A DNA stretch of 64,000 nt from Narcine bancroftii. Taxonomy: Eukaryota. The notes below the pieces were generated by a model. It had not been told where the DNA came from. It did no database searches and saw only the letters and a program-made list of their open reading frames with translations. Below are positions 37,620 through 49,736 of the stretch, piece by piece. How positions within the stretch are numbered: position 1 is the first letter of the stretch; each line of letters begins with the position of its first letter. Where the stretch lies: positions 180,916,001-180,980,000 of the forward strand of contig NC_091473.1 of assembly GCF_036971445.1 (NCBI RefSeq), read 5' to 3'. The position numbers and the translations under genes are program-made.

Positions 37620-40150
37620 GTGGCCGCTGAAAGCTGCCTAAATTTCGAATTTCGGAGGAGATTTGATCACGAGGCCAAACAACAGGGTCATGTGAGATCC
37701 CAAAATGGACACGTGAGACGAGGCAGCGACGGGTCTGTCTGTCTCCTTCCTCCCCAACGCAGGGCCGCCGAGGTGGGGGAGGGGAGAGAGCATCGCAACG
37801 TCCCGCCCGAGTCCTCCGCACCCCGGGCCCCGAGCAATACCCGGAGCGGATTCTGCCGCTCGCAGGATCGCACTCCACACGCGAGCCAGGCCTCAGTCAA
37901 TCCGGGCCTGTTGCGCACAACTCTCCCTCCCATTTGCAACAGACTTCTCGTCTCTTGCCCGTTTCCACGGTCTTTCCAACGCTATCGAAGTCCTAGGATT
38001 CTTGTAATCGCAGGATTCTTAGGGGGTCTCGTGTTGCAGGATTGTTGCACCCACCCCCCGCGTTGCAGGATTATTTTGTCGCAGGCTCCCTCAATGCACA
38101 ATTCCCCTCTGGTTGCAGGCCAGTCTCACAGTGCAGACGTTGCCCTTCGCCCAGTGCGGGATTCTCCCTGGCGCACTGCACCTATGTGCCCAAATGCACC
38201 CTTTCCTCCCCATGCATATTTTTCCCCTGCCCCCCACTGTGACAGGATTATTGCAGCCTCCCTTCCACTGTGGCAGAATGTTGCATCTCGTCCCACCACT
38301 ACCGTGACAAGAAAATTACACCAGATTCCCCCCCCCCCATACCGGATTGCTGTACTCCTTGCCCTTTCCTTTAATACAGGATTACTGGATCGTCTGCCCC
38401 CGCTGCACGATTATTTACCCCCACCACCACCAGTAGAGGATTGTTGCAGAAATTCCTTCATTCCCCCCCCCCACAACCAAATCTGAGGGCTGGGCCGCCC
38501 TATTCGCTCCCACTGCATGTCTATTGCTCCCCGTCTCCCTCCAGCCAGAGTTCGACTGCAACATTTCTCGCTGGAGGTTGGTTTCACTTTCTCAGTGAAG
38601 CACGTGTTGCATTCTTTCTTTCCCCCCCCCCCCCCACCCCCCTCCCCCTCCTTCCTCCCCCTCTCAGCGCAGGATGCGTCCCCACTCACTCTCTCACCGT
38701 GCACCAGCTCCGCGTAGATTTGTTTGTACTGTCGCGTCCGATGCGGGGCGGATTGGCCGCGCTGATTCACGCAGGGTCGGCCAAAGGCAGGCGAAAAGAC
38801 AGAGAGGAGGAGGGGGGGAAGGGGTGATGGTAGGGTCAGCGACAAAGATGGGAGAGAAAAAAAAGACCTGTGTACGTGCGTCACGTTGTGGACTGAGGAG
38901 AGAGGGTGTTGGTGCACCTCGTGACAGGTAGCTGCTACCTCCCAGGGTAAATATAGTCACCGGTTTCCATTTTTGAATGTGCAGCGAAAGCTGGAGGGGT
39001 GGAAAATAATGGAAGATACAAACATTTAGGTGGGGGGGGGGGTCTGTTGCAAATTTAAAACTACTCGGCAACTTTTTTTTAAAGGGGGAACACGCTGCTC
39101 TTCCGTGCGTAGAAGGGATTCATGTTTTCACTGACGGCGGGACGTGAAGAGCGGCCGGGCCGAATTGCAACTGGAGATGAATATTCGAGTTCTGTCGTTT
39201 GGCCAAAAATTGCGGCTCCGGTTCGGGAATCCGGTGCCAGGTCCTGCGAACGACGGCCTCGCCCAAGGACGGTGCAAGAGCATGTACGTGCGCGGCGCGC
39301 CGTAGTTCCCGAGGATGTGGGGGTGGGGGGTTGGAAAGAAAAGAGATGCCGAGTGTGCCAAGGAGAAATGTGCAAAACAAAATAAAACGGATCACTAGAG
39401 GGCAAAAGTGCATCATCTGTGGACGGAAACCGGTGTTTGTCGGTGCATCGTTCTGTTGCAAAAAGGAGGGGGGCAGAATGTTGCATTTTAATTAATTATT
39501 CCCCCCCCCCCTTCCCGTTGTATCCGGCAGCAGCAGGTTGTGATGCGGATCCTTTGCCCGGCACTAATGCAGGGGTGGGGGAAGAGACGAAACAAACGTG
39601 AACAAAAAACATCGTCCCAGTGAGATGCGGCGAAAAAATCTGGGTGGTTTGCAGCGTCCGGGGGGGGGAAGAGGGGCATTGCCCCATTTCGTCTGGGTGC
39701 CACCTTCGGTTGTAATCCGATTCCGTTCCGGTTCTGCGTGCGTAAAATAAAAATAGCCGAAGCGGCTTTTGTGCGTCGCGATGGCTGTCGGAGTTGTAGT
39801 CCGGACCGTTCTGCGTCCTCTGTCGGAGCAGCGTCGAGGAAGTGAAAGGGAACTACAGGTCCCAGAATGCAGAGCGACGGACGTGTTTTAACTTGAATTT
39901 AAAAGCTGTGTAGAGTCAAGTTCAGCGCCCGTCGCTCCTTCCCGGTGGGGGTGGGATGGATTTCATAGGAATAAATGATTCAAATGGGGGGGGGGGGGAA
40001 GAAATAAGATTTTATTTCGACCGCGCATGCGTTAGTCCTGTGAAAGATTGCAACATGCCCTGGTGAATGCGCATGCGTCAGACCTCAATGTTGCCATTGT
40101 TGAGGGAACCAGACCCTCGTGAGCACCGACGCGCTCCACGGAAAACCCCC
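37500..40150 (-). promoter_or_regulatory. CpG island / USF2 promoter region
   Basis: High CpG density; ACTACAggTCCCAGAATGCA (ZNF143/THAP11-type) at 39852-39871 and a reverse ACTACAACTCC at 39790-39800; NRF1-type GCGCATGCG at 40023 and 40069; GC box plus CCAAT at ~38745-38757. Confidence 0.75.
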
Positions 40151-42035
40151 CCGTCCTTGACAGATTATATGGACTTGCTTCTTTCCTTTCTATAAATGAC
40201 AGCAGGAATAAAAGGCTTAAAATATTATATTTCATGGGAAAATATTAGTCTGTTAAAGAATTTTAGAAGCGGAACAGCAAGGCGTGAGAGCCAAGGCTCG
40301 AAACTCATGCTCGATGTTTTGCTGAAGTCTGCAGATTACAGGACGTGTGAATTATTGCGAACAGGTCTTCCTGCGTACAGAACAGCCGCTTTGCAAAGCT
40401 AATAAAGTTGTGTTGTAGTGGCATTTGCTATTTTGGATTTAAGTTAACACATTCTTTCATGGAGCTGAGGATAATGAGAGTTATGCAGTAGGTTGTCGGA
40501 GTAGGTTATTGGGTCGGTGGGCTGAAGGGTCTGGACTGTACTGTAAATTTCCATGTTATTTGTTAACAGTTTTGTATGACTAATTCCAATGCTGTGTGCA
40601 GTAGAGTATTCCAGTATTCTGGCAATGAAGTGTCCATATAGCAAGTGAAAAAACCCTCCATGAACACACACAATGGACGATCTTCATCAGAATATTTTAT
40701 TACATGAATACGGAGTCTGGTTCAACTCCACTTTATCTCTGGTAAAACACGAAAGACTGCAGACACTGTGGTTTAAGTAACTACACAATGCTGGAAAAAC
40801 TCAGTACTTTCTAGAGCAAATGATACATAACCGACGTTTCAGGCTTGAGTCTTTCATCGAGGTTTGTTCTTTCTATGTGGAGTGCATGTGAGGTATCACA
40901 GATGTAGGTGGGGAGGGGTTGGACCAAGGAGAAAATTTAGCCAGGTTAGACAATACTAGTAATGGGTCTGCCGTGATGATTGAGTTGATGTACCTTGAAT
41001 AAAGATAGAACCCTCTTTCCCCCTGTCCCTTCCTTCTCTTCTGCCCATTTATCACCCGGCCTGATTCTCTATACTCCTGTGAAAGGGCCCATTCCTGAAA
41101 TGTTGGTTGCTCCTTGCCATCCCATGGCTCTGGGTGGCCTGCAGAATTTCTCCAGCAAGTGTGTGGATGGGGGTGTGTGTGTGGTGCTCCTGACACCAGG
41201 GCCTACACCCTTTCTGTGTAACTTCCATAAGCATTAATAATTTCATGGGAGGTGCCTCCAACAAAATCCTCCCTCTCTATTTGGTGCCCCATGAAGCAAT
41301 ATTTAATTTATGTATCTACAGGGGTTGTCTACTGCATCCGGTTCTCCCGCTGGGGTCTCTAAGTCAAACAAACTGGGAGTTGCTTCATTGACCCCCTCGG
41401 CTCTATCCACTGCAAAAAGGCGGATCTCCCAGTGGCCACCCATTTCAATTCTCCACCCCATTCCTTGGCCCACATGCTACAATTAGGGACATTTAAAAGC
41501 CTCTTAGGCGCATAGAACATTCCAGCACAGTCGAGGCCCTTCATCCCATGATGTTGTTGTGAAATATAAAGTGTTCACAGTCACTACTCTAGAGACAAAG
41601 TTTTGGAAAACAAGTTCAGCTTTTATTTCAGGTCTGCAGAGCCAGGTGTCTTTTAGTTCCAAGACACACCGCAGGTCCAGAATCATCATTCTTTTGTACA
41701 GTCCCGCGCTCAACATCACCACAACTTCATTTAATCTGTTCCAATCAGAATTTCAATATCTTACAACCTTCCCCTTTTCTCTTCCATCCTTGCAGATACC
41801 ACACAGTCCTCCCTCATCATACATCGCATGTTATGTTAATTAGGTAGTCCCATCCTTAGGGGTGACTAAGTTAATATTCATGTCTTTATTAAGCAAGTTC
41901 AATGGGGTACCCTAGCTCTCTGTGCCAGTCTGAACAGATTCTTTCATCTTTGAGGTTCTGATAAGGGGCCCACTAGTTAGTGCTGTCTATTTTCAAGCTC
42001 TAATCTCATTCCATCACCCTTCGCAGAGCAGTATG

Positions 42036-43300
42036 CTATCTAATTGGGTGCCTAAAATTCATTAGGTACTCCCCTTGGAGTACTCCAATTGAATCAATAT
42101 AAATTTGGTTATTGAAAAACATCCCAAGGAACTCCTTACTTTTCTTTATCCCTATTACATTCTCCTGTTCAAATGCCAAGGTGAAGGGTATGGCCAATTG
42201 AATGATTGCATAGGTGCTTTTCCAATAGGGAGGAAGAATTGGTCCATGGATTCTGCCTCTGCAGAACCACCATAGATCCGCTCGAGGTACATTCAAGGCT
42301 GAGTGGTTCCCTCCCCTCTCCTCTGTCATATCTTGTACCTTTGTGCATAGTTGTAGCTTTCCTAGGTCCTTTGTGAACTGTCTTCCTTGTCTTGAAATGC
42401 AGGCAGTTGTGATTCCCTGACACAGCCCAGAATGCCAGCGGAATCCGGACATCCTTCCTCTTCAGAGGAGGGAACACCAAGGACAGAGATTTACAGGACT
42501 GGTTACCCCAACCCTCTATCCTGATGCAAAGCCATCATGCACCTGCATTTCCTGTTTGTCTTTACCCCACCCCAACGGAGGTAGAACCACCTGTGCTATC
42601 AGACGTCCAGAAGCACATGCATAGCAATTGCTCGTTTAAACTCATCTCCATATATTTTACCCGTTCTACCCAGGCATTTGTATCCCATGTCCTGTCTCAA
42701 TCTCAACCATCTGTCTAATGTCCTCTACTATCTTCATTATTTTCGGTGTCATTGGGTGGAGTATAAGGTTTCACTTTGGGCATTATTGTGAAGGTACTAT
42801 CAGTTGGATTAGTCTTTGATCCTTCTACAATTATTCTAAAACAACGCGCCAACAGGTCCTTTCCACTGATATTTATCCCCATTCCAAATTTTTCCCATTT
42901 ACCCTTTTTGAGTAGGTTTTTTCTGGGTAGTCCACCATTCATCACTCCAATAGGGGCAGTATCTATTAAGACACATATATTTCTCCTGAACACTATATAA
43001 TCTCTGACTCTTGATCCTTCCACATTTTATTAAACTACAAGCATCGATCCGTATCACCTGTGGTTTAGAACTCTCGGGAATGGTAATGGTGAACTTTACT
43101 GGCCCTGAGGGCTTGACGATGGATTCCAATCCTCTCCTTACTTGGGTATGAATCCCATCAGCCCAACCCTGGTTCCCACTTACCAACTCTACTCAGCATA
43201 TCCACCACCATCTCGTGTTTCTTTCTACCGAAGGAGGAGGGTTGTACATAGATATTGAACTTATGTTTCATAAACTATTCCAAGTCCTGTTCTAATGACC
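42036..43300 (-). pseudogene. ERV env remnant (surface-unit region; TM deleted)
   Basis: Cys/Trp-rich segments PQVIRIDACSLIKCG..EKYMC..CPYWSDEWW and ADLWWFCRG..IIQLAIPFTL..IYIDSIGV; frameshifted. Confidence 0.75.
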
Positions 43301-43389
43301 ATCAATGTCTTTTCAACTGGATCTTGAGCGGGTTTTCGGTGGGATGTATGTGCAAAGTTGGCGGCTTAGTAGGGGTCCTCACTGGTCCT

Positions 43390-44340
43390 TTCACTCTGGT
43401 GTGATGTGTCCACCTTTTTCTGCAGTTCTTATCAATGTCTCAGTGGTCAGGAGGGTTAGAAATGGTCCCTCCCAACTTGGATGAAGCTTGGTGTCCTTCC
43501 ATATCTTAACCAGAACCTAATCACCTGGTTGTATTTTGTGAACGGCAAATTCGAGCAGAGGTGTCTGGGCTAACAAACCCTTTTTCCTAAGAACAAATAA
43601 AGAAGAAGCGAAAGCCAATACATAGTTCCTTAGACATTTGTCAGTGACTTCTACGGTAGGCAATTCGCCTTCTCTTCCTGAAAATGGCAGTCTGAATAGC
43701 ATCTCATAAGGGGACAATCCGACATTCCTTTGAGGTGCTATTCGGATTAATGCTATAGGCGGGCATTTAGTCCAGGGTAACTTTGTTTCCAGCACCAATT
43801 TGGACAATGTCTGATTCATTAGTTCTACCCATCCTGAGGAAAGGGGATGCCATGGGGTTTGAAAATCCCATGTTATTTCTAACTTTTGCATTGATTCTTG
43901 AAGTATCCTAGAGGTGAAGTATAAGTTTCTAGTCTTTTGTGCAAATGAATCTATTCACAGTCGACAATAACCCATCAGTCCCAGGAACTTGCTTAGTTCC
44001 TCCTTTGTTTTCGGGAGAACCATTTCCAATATCCCCTTAGTCCTTTCAGGACATTTTCCTTTTTCCCTTACTTATTAAGTGTCCCAAATGTTTTACCCCC
44101 TTTTCTAACCCCAGTTGTAACCCAGGAGGTTACTCCCAATATCCGGAATGTATTATAATTGCCACATCACTTCCTCATGATCTGTTCCGATCATAATGGG
44201 CTCCCAAAATAGGTACAGAAAACTCTTCCCCTTCTACCCCAGATACCTTTAATTGTTGACCAGTGAATCTAACTCCCTCCGGTATAATGTTTAATGATGA
44301 TCTAGTGGCCTCTAGTGGTATCCTCTTTGTTGGAAATTTA
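43390..44340 (-). pseudogene. ERV pol remnants (protease, RT fragment, integrase)
   Basis: ATRSSLN..LKVSGVEG; KFLGLMGYCRL; WDFQTPWHPLSSGWVELMNQTL..GLSPYEMLF; WEGPF..WTHHTRVK. Confidence 0.85.
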
Positions 44341-46121
44341 TCAAAGGTTCCCGGTGGGTCCCGGGAGGAAGAAACCCCTGATCCCACTAATCCTTCCAAA
44401 AGTCAGAGGGATCGCATCCCTTTCCCTCTTTAATTCAGGGCATTCCTGTTTGAAATGTCCCACTTTCCCACAATAGTAACACCCTGCCTGCTGGGGTTGC
44501 ACAAAACTCAAGTACATCAATATAATAACAACTGGAATATTTCCATCGCTCAATTTTTCTATCAGAGATGTCCCTCTGGTGGAGTCTAATCTCCTGGATG
44601 GAAGGTAGAAGGCTCATTGAGAACTCATGTTGAACTAAATCTTTGAGGTCACAATCCTGATAATCCTTTAGATACTTTATCTGCTCCCTCATTAAGTTAA
44701 GAAATCACATCTTTATCATGGGTATGTGCCCAACTTTAAACTGCAAACAAATTGGTATCTTGTGTGGCCCCTTTAAGAGTATTCCTGGCTCTCTTCGTTC
44801 ACCGTGTTGTATTCTGCACAAACTGGCTGCGTAATCTCTTCTTCTGACCTTCCTGGCAATTTGCCTGGCTGGTATCTTATGTTTTTATGCTGTTCTCTCT
44901 GTCCTCACTGAGAACAGCTTAATTTTTAAACTGTACAAATGCAGACAAACGTGTTTTAACAAAAGCTTCTAGAATTTTTCACAGACTTTAAATCTCAACT
45001 TCTTTGTTACAGTGGCCGGATGATTTAGCATGGCTCTGGGTTCAAGCACTAACAGTATCCGAAAATACTTTGAGTATTCCTGGCTAGAGGTCTAGATACA
45101 GGCAGATAATGCTAGTGGTGGTCTTTAGGGCGTCCCCGAGGAGTACTCGGGGTCACTCGTCTCTCCCTCCTCCATCAGCCTTGGGACTTCCATTTCACTA
45201 CGTAGTCTTTGTTTATCCTCCTGTGCAGGAGGCTTCTCCTCGGGTGCCTAATTAACATAACATGCGATTTTTCCTGTCCTGCTCCTTTCTATGTGCACAT
45301 TCTTGCTGGTGGACATCCATAAGTTTACTGTCCCCCCTTCTGCCAGTTTTACAGCATTAGTTTGGCAACCTGCAAGCCTATCTCTTTTCTTTCTTGTGCC
45401 AACAGGTGCCACTTTCCAATGAGCTCTTTAATGAATTCATCATCCCAAGTACCCCCCCCCCCCCCACAACAAGCCTTCCTCCCTAGTCTTTTATTTAATG
45501 TCTCAGAAACTTTTCAAATTATATTTTCAACCTCCAGATAGTTGTATTTACACAATTCCCCATTGTACCTCAGGTTCCCAGAACCTGAGCTCCCCGAGCA
45601 CACACAAATGATCCCTGAATAGTTCCCTGAACTCTTAACTGAGCTCCCTGAGCTCTTATTCAACCACAGTGCCGGACCGCCAAGTTCCCTGAAATCTCCC
45701 TGGAGACATTCCTTGGTCTCTGACCCGACCCTTTTACAGGTCTGTTCTCTAACATCTGCCCCAACAAACTATCCGGCAGTATGTCAGTTCCAGGACCCTC
45801 ATTTCGGGGTCCCTTCTCTCGGGACTCATCAGTTCTGGTATACTGAGTACCCATTTTCCTACCTGTCAGATCACAAACTCCTGACAGACTATCCTGATCA
45901 CCCGAGTAATACTTAGTCAATTTTCTTACCCGGGTCTTGTGCACGAGAGTCTTCCGACCGAACCACTCCTACCAGAGTTCCCCCTTGTTCTCCAGAGTCT
46001 CCTGTCCGGATATCACTCGCTCAAACCACTGACAGCAAGCAAGGAAATCTGAGACCACTGAAATCAGCGGGGTGCACCTTCTCGTCCTTCGATAGCCAGT
46101 CGCCAAGCGGTGGGAGTTGCG

Positions 46122-46139
46122 ATCCCGGACGAGTCACCA
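46122..46139 (-). other. Primer-binding site, tRNA-Pro type
   Basis: TGGTGACTCGTCCGGGAT, 16/18 match to the tRNA-Pro PBS TGGGGGCTCGTCCGGGAT, 4 nt from the 5' LTR end. Confidence 0.85.
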
Positions 46140-46669
46140 AGCTTGTGAAATATAAAGTGTTCACAATCACTACTCTGGAGACAAAGTCTTGGAGAACAAG
46201 TTCAGCTTTTATTTCAGGTCTGCAGAGCCAGGTGTCTTTTAGTCCCAAAACACACCGCAGGTCCAGAATCATCATTCTTTTGTACAGTCCCGTGCTCAAC
46301 ATCACCACACCTTCATTTAGTCTCTTCCAATCAGAATTTCAATATCTTATAACCTTCCCCTTTCCCTTCCATCTCTGGAGATACCACACAGTCCCTCCTT
46401 CATCATACATCGCATGTTATGCTAATTATGTAGTTCCATCCTTAGGGGCGTCTATGTCTTTATTAAGCAAGCTCAATGGGGTACCCTAAGTCACTGCCAG
46501 TCCAAACCAGATTCTTTCATCCTTGAGGTTTCTGATAAGGGGCCCACTAGTTAGAGCTGTCTATTTTCAAGCTCTAATCTCATTCCATCACCCTTCACAG
46601 AGTAGTGCTAGTTTAATCATCTTCAGCCATTTTTCACACTGTGCTGACCCATAGAAACTTCAACAATCA

Positions 46670-47290
46670 CCCCTTCTACTCCACACCCACAATCCTCTAT
46701 TTCTCTTACATCCGTGAGCCTGTCTAAGAGTCTTTTAAATGGCCCTATTGTACCAGGCTCCACCACCACCCTGGCCATGCATTCCAGTCATCCACCACTC
46801 TGTTTAAAAACACGTTGTCCCTAAACTCCTCCCCCCCTCCCCCACCTTGTATAGACATCCTGTGGTGTTTGTTATTCCTGCCCTGGGAAACAGGCACTGG
46901 TCGTCCTAAGCCTCTCAAAATCTTGTAGACCTCTTAAGTCTCCTCTTGCGCTCTAAGGAGAAAAGACCCTGCTTTCCTAACCTCACCTCAAAACAGTTGT
47001 TTCCAAATCCAGGCAACATCTTGGTGAATCTCCTCTGACCCCACTCCACAGCTTTGTAATGAGGCAACCAGAATTGAACACAATACTCACCTGAGAAACA
47101 GAGCTGCAACATGACCTCTTGACTCTTGAACTCAGTCCCCCAATGAATGAAGCCCAGCGTCCCAATAGGCCTTCTTTAACCTGTACGGCAACCCTGAGAG
47201 ATTGATGGATTTGGACGCCAAAGACACTCTGTTCCTCAACACTGTTAAGAATCTTGAGGTTAACCATGTATCCCACCTTCAATCTGCATC
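46670..47290 (-). mobile_element. CR1 LINE 3' fragment
   Basis: EYCVQFWLPHYK..QRRFTKMLPG..GLFSLER. Confidence 0.8.
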
Positions 47291-47547
47291 TACCATTTCT
47301 CTGACCACATCTTGAACTGATTATTATATAATTCTCATCCAATAATAACAGGATAATTCTCCATCTGTTACTGTACCGGAACCTGACATGTCAACAGTCA
47401 TCACCTCAAACACACCGATGAGATACAAGCTGGGCATCAGATCTGGGAGAGGAATTACTGAAAACTGACTTGAAAACCAAACCTCCATTAATTATCAGTT
47501 TATTTCATCTGTGAATTACATTACATAAAATCTCTGGGTCAGACAGC

Positions 47548-47892
47548 ACCGTGCACAGTTCCCAGTCTCCATATCCCACACCGGGAGCACCATGTTCAGT
47601 TCCTGGTCTCGGTATCCCATACAGGGAATACCGTGCTCAGTTCCTGGTCTCCATATCCCACACCGGGAGCACCATGTTCAGTTCCTGGTCTCCATATCCC
47701 ATACAGGGAATACCGTGCTCAGTTCCTGGTCTCCATATCCCACACTGGGAACACAGTGCTCAGTTCCTGGTCTCCGTATCCCACACTGGGAATACTGTGC
47801 TCAGTTCCTGGTCTCCGTATCCCACACTGGGAATACTGTGCCCAGTTCCTGGTCTCCATATCCCATACTGAGAGCACTGTCCACAATTCCCA
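47548..47892. repeat. ~41-bp minisatellite (cagttcctggtctccatatcccacactgggaatactgtgct)n
   Basis: About 8 tandem units. Confidence 0.95.
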
Positions 47893-49736
47893 GTAGCCCA
47901 CTGGATTAACACACTTCTTGGAGGGAAACATTGGGCATGTGCCTAGCAAGCAAGAGAGGGACCAAATGGCCTGTTTCTAAGAATGAACAACCAGCCCTCG
48001 GCCTCAGAGGACAATGGAATTTCAAGCCACTTTGCAGATTCTAATCGGTTTACTCTCAAGCCTGTGAAAGTTGAGGGGAGGGGTTCATTTGGCTCAGAAG
48101 TCCTTCAGTTGGAATGGGGAAGCAGACCGATGGGCCGATGCTTCTCCTTCCGGCAGTGCTGCCCCCTCTAGTCACCAAGGCCGATTTTCTAGGGGTGGAG
48201 ATGGGACAGGGTGGAGAGGAGGGGATTGAGCAGAGGTCGGAAGGGGAAGGAAGTTGGAGAACAGCAGAGGGGTACGTGCGGAGGGAGACAAGAGGGCGGA
48301 AATTTGGGTCACCGAGTCCTCCAGCGTAAAAACAGCCCCTCTGGCCCAACACTCCCATGCTGACCGGCGAAAGTCCCCCTTTGCCTCAACATTCAAGGAC
48401 TATTTCTGGATGTGCCCGAACGCTTTAACCTTCCCATTTCCTGTTCCCACAGACCCACCCACTCTGTGTAGAGATGTTGCCCTCTTATACTCTTCAGTTT
48501 CAGACTCCCGGACCCTCGGAGGAGACGATGATCGTCCATCTTATCCCCACCCTTCGTGGGTTTATAAACCTCTATCAGTTTTCCCCCTCAGGGAGAAAAG
48601 TACCAGCTTCTACTGATAACCCGAACCCGCCCCCCCCCCCCCCCCCCCCCCCCCCCGCCAGTCCTGGGAACATACTGGTGAATCTTTCCCAGCTCAGTGA
48701 CGCCCGACCTAAAGCTGGGTGACTGGATCTGCCTGCAATACCCTGAGTGTGGTCTCACCCGCGTCTGGTACAGATGGACGTCCCAGCTCCTGGACTGGGA
48801 CGTCCGAATTGATGAAGGAAACATGACCAGTCGTCCCCTTCCCCGTCCTGTCTACTAAGGGAACGGTCCCTGCACCCCGGGGTCTCTCTGTTCTCCAACT
48901 TCCTTCCCCGCCCCGTCTACCTGTGTCCACACTCTAAGGGAGAGGTGTCCCTGTACCCCGGGGTCTAACTCCTGTTCTACATGCTACAAGATGAGAGAGG
49001 GTCTGTGATGGAGAGAGGGAGAGTCAGAGAGAAGGGGAGTCAGCGAGAGGAGGGAAAGCCAGGGTTGGAATAGAGGGAATTTCAAAACAAAGTAGTGTTG
49101 GAAAATTCCAGCCAGGGTATTATTGGGAAACAGTGAACAGAGAAATGTTGCCAGGTACCCGGGTTCGATCCCCACCTCCGCCTCTGTGTGGATCGTGCAC
49201 GTCCTTGTGTTCCGTTTCTCTGCCCTGCCCCGGGATTCTGTTCTCTCCCACGGGAGGGAGGGGTGGTGAGGAGGAAATGAAAGGGGGATGGGGTAAGAGA
49301 GCGGGAGGGAAGAGGAAGATGGGACAAGGGGACAGAGAAAAAAGGGCTGAAAGAGGAGAGGGAGAGGGGAGATTGGAATAGGGGAGAATCGGGAGGAAGG
49401 GGCTGGAGGGAGTGGACAGGAGAGCGGAAGGGAGGGACGGGGAAAGGGAAGGAGAGATGGTAAGAGTAGAGGGGATGGAGAGTCAAGGGGTGAGGGAGGA
49501 GGCAGAACAGAATGGTTGAAGAGGGGGGGAAAGGGGAGAAAGCAGAATGGGGATGGGGTGAGGGGGGTGGGAGAAATGGGGGTGAGGAAAGAGATGAGGG
49601 GGTGGGAGAACTGGGAAAGGGGAGAGAGCAAAATGGGGATGGAGAAAAGGGGGAGGGAGGGGTGGGAGAGAGGAGAGAAGGATGGATGGGGGAGGGAGAG
49701 GAGGAGAACCGCGTCCCGGGGAGTGGGAGAGCGAGA

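Larger units (their letters stand above)
41558..46638 (-). mobile_element. Class I (gamma/epsilon-like) endogenous retrovirus, heavily deleted provirus
   Basis: Two homologous LTRs (46144-46638 complete, TGTGAAA..TTTCACA; 41558-~42030 truncated); PBS; gag start MGTQ..PDSLLGQML at 45854; zinc knuckle CYYCGKVGHFKQEC; protease, RT and integrase remnants; env remnant; 4-bp TSD ttgt/ctgt. Confidence 0.92.
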
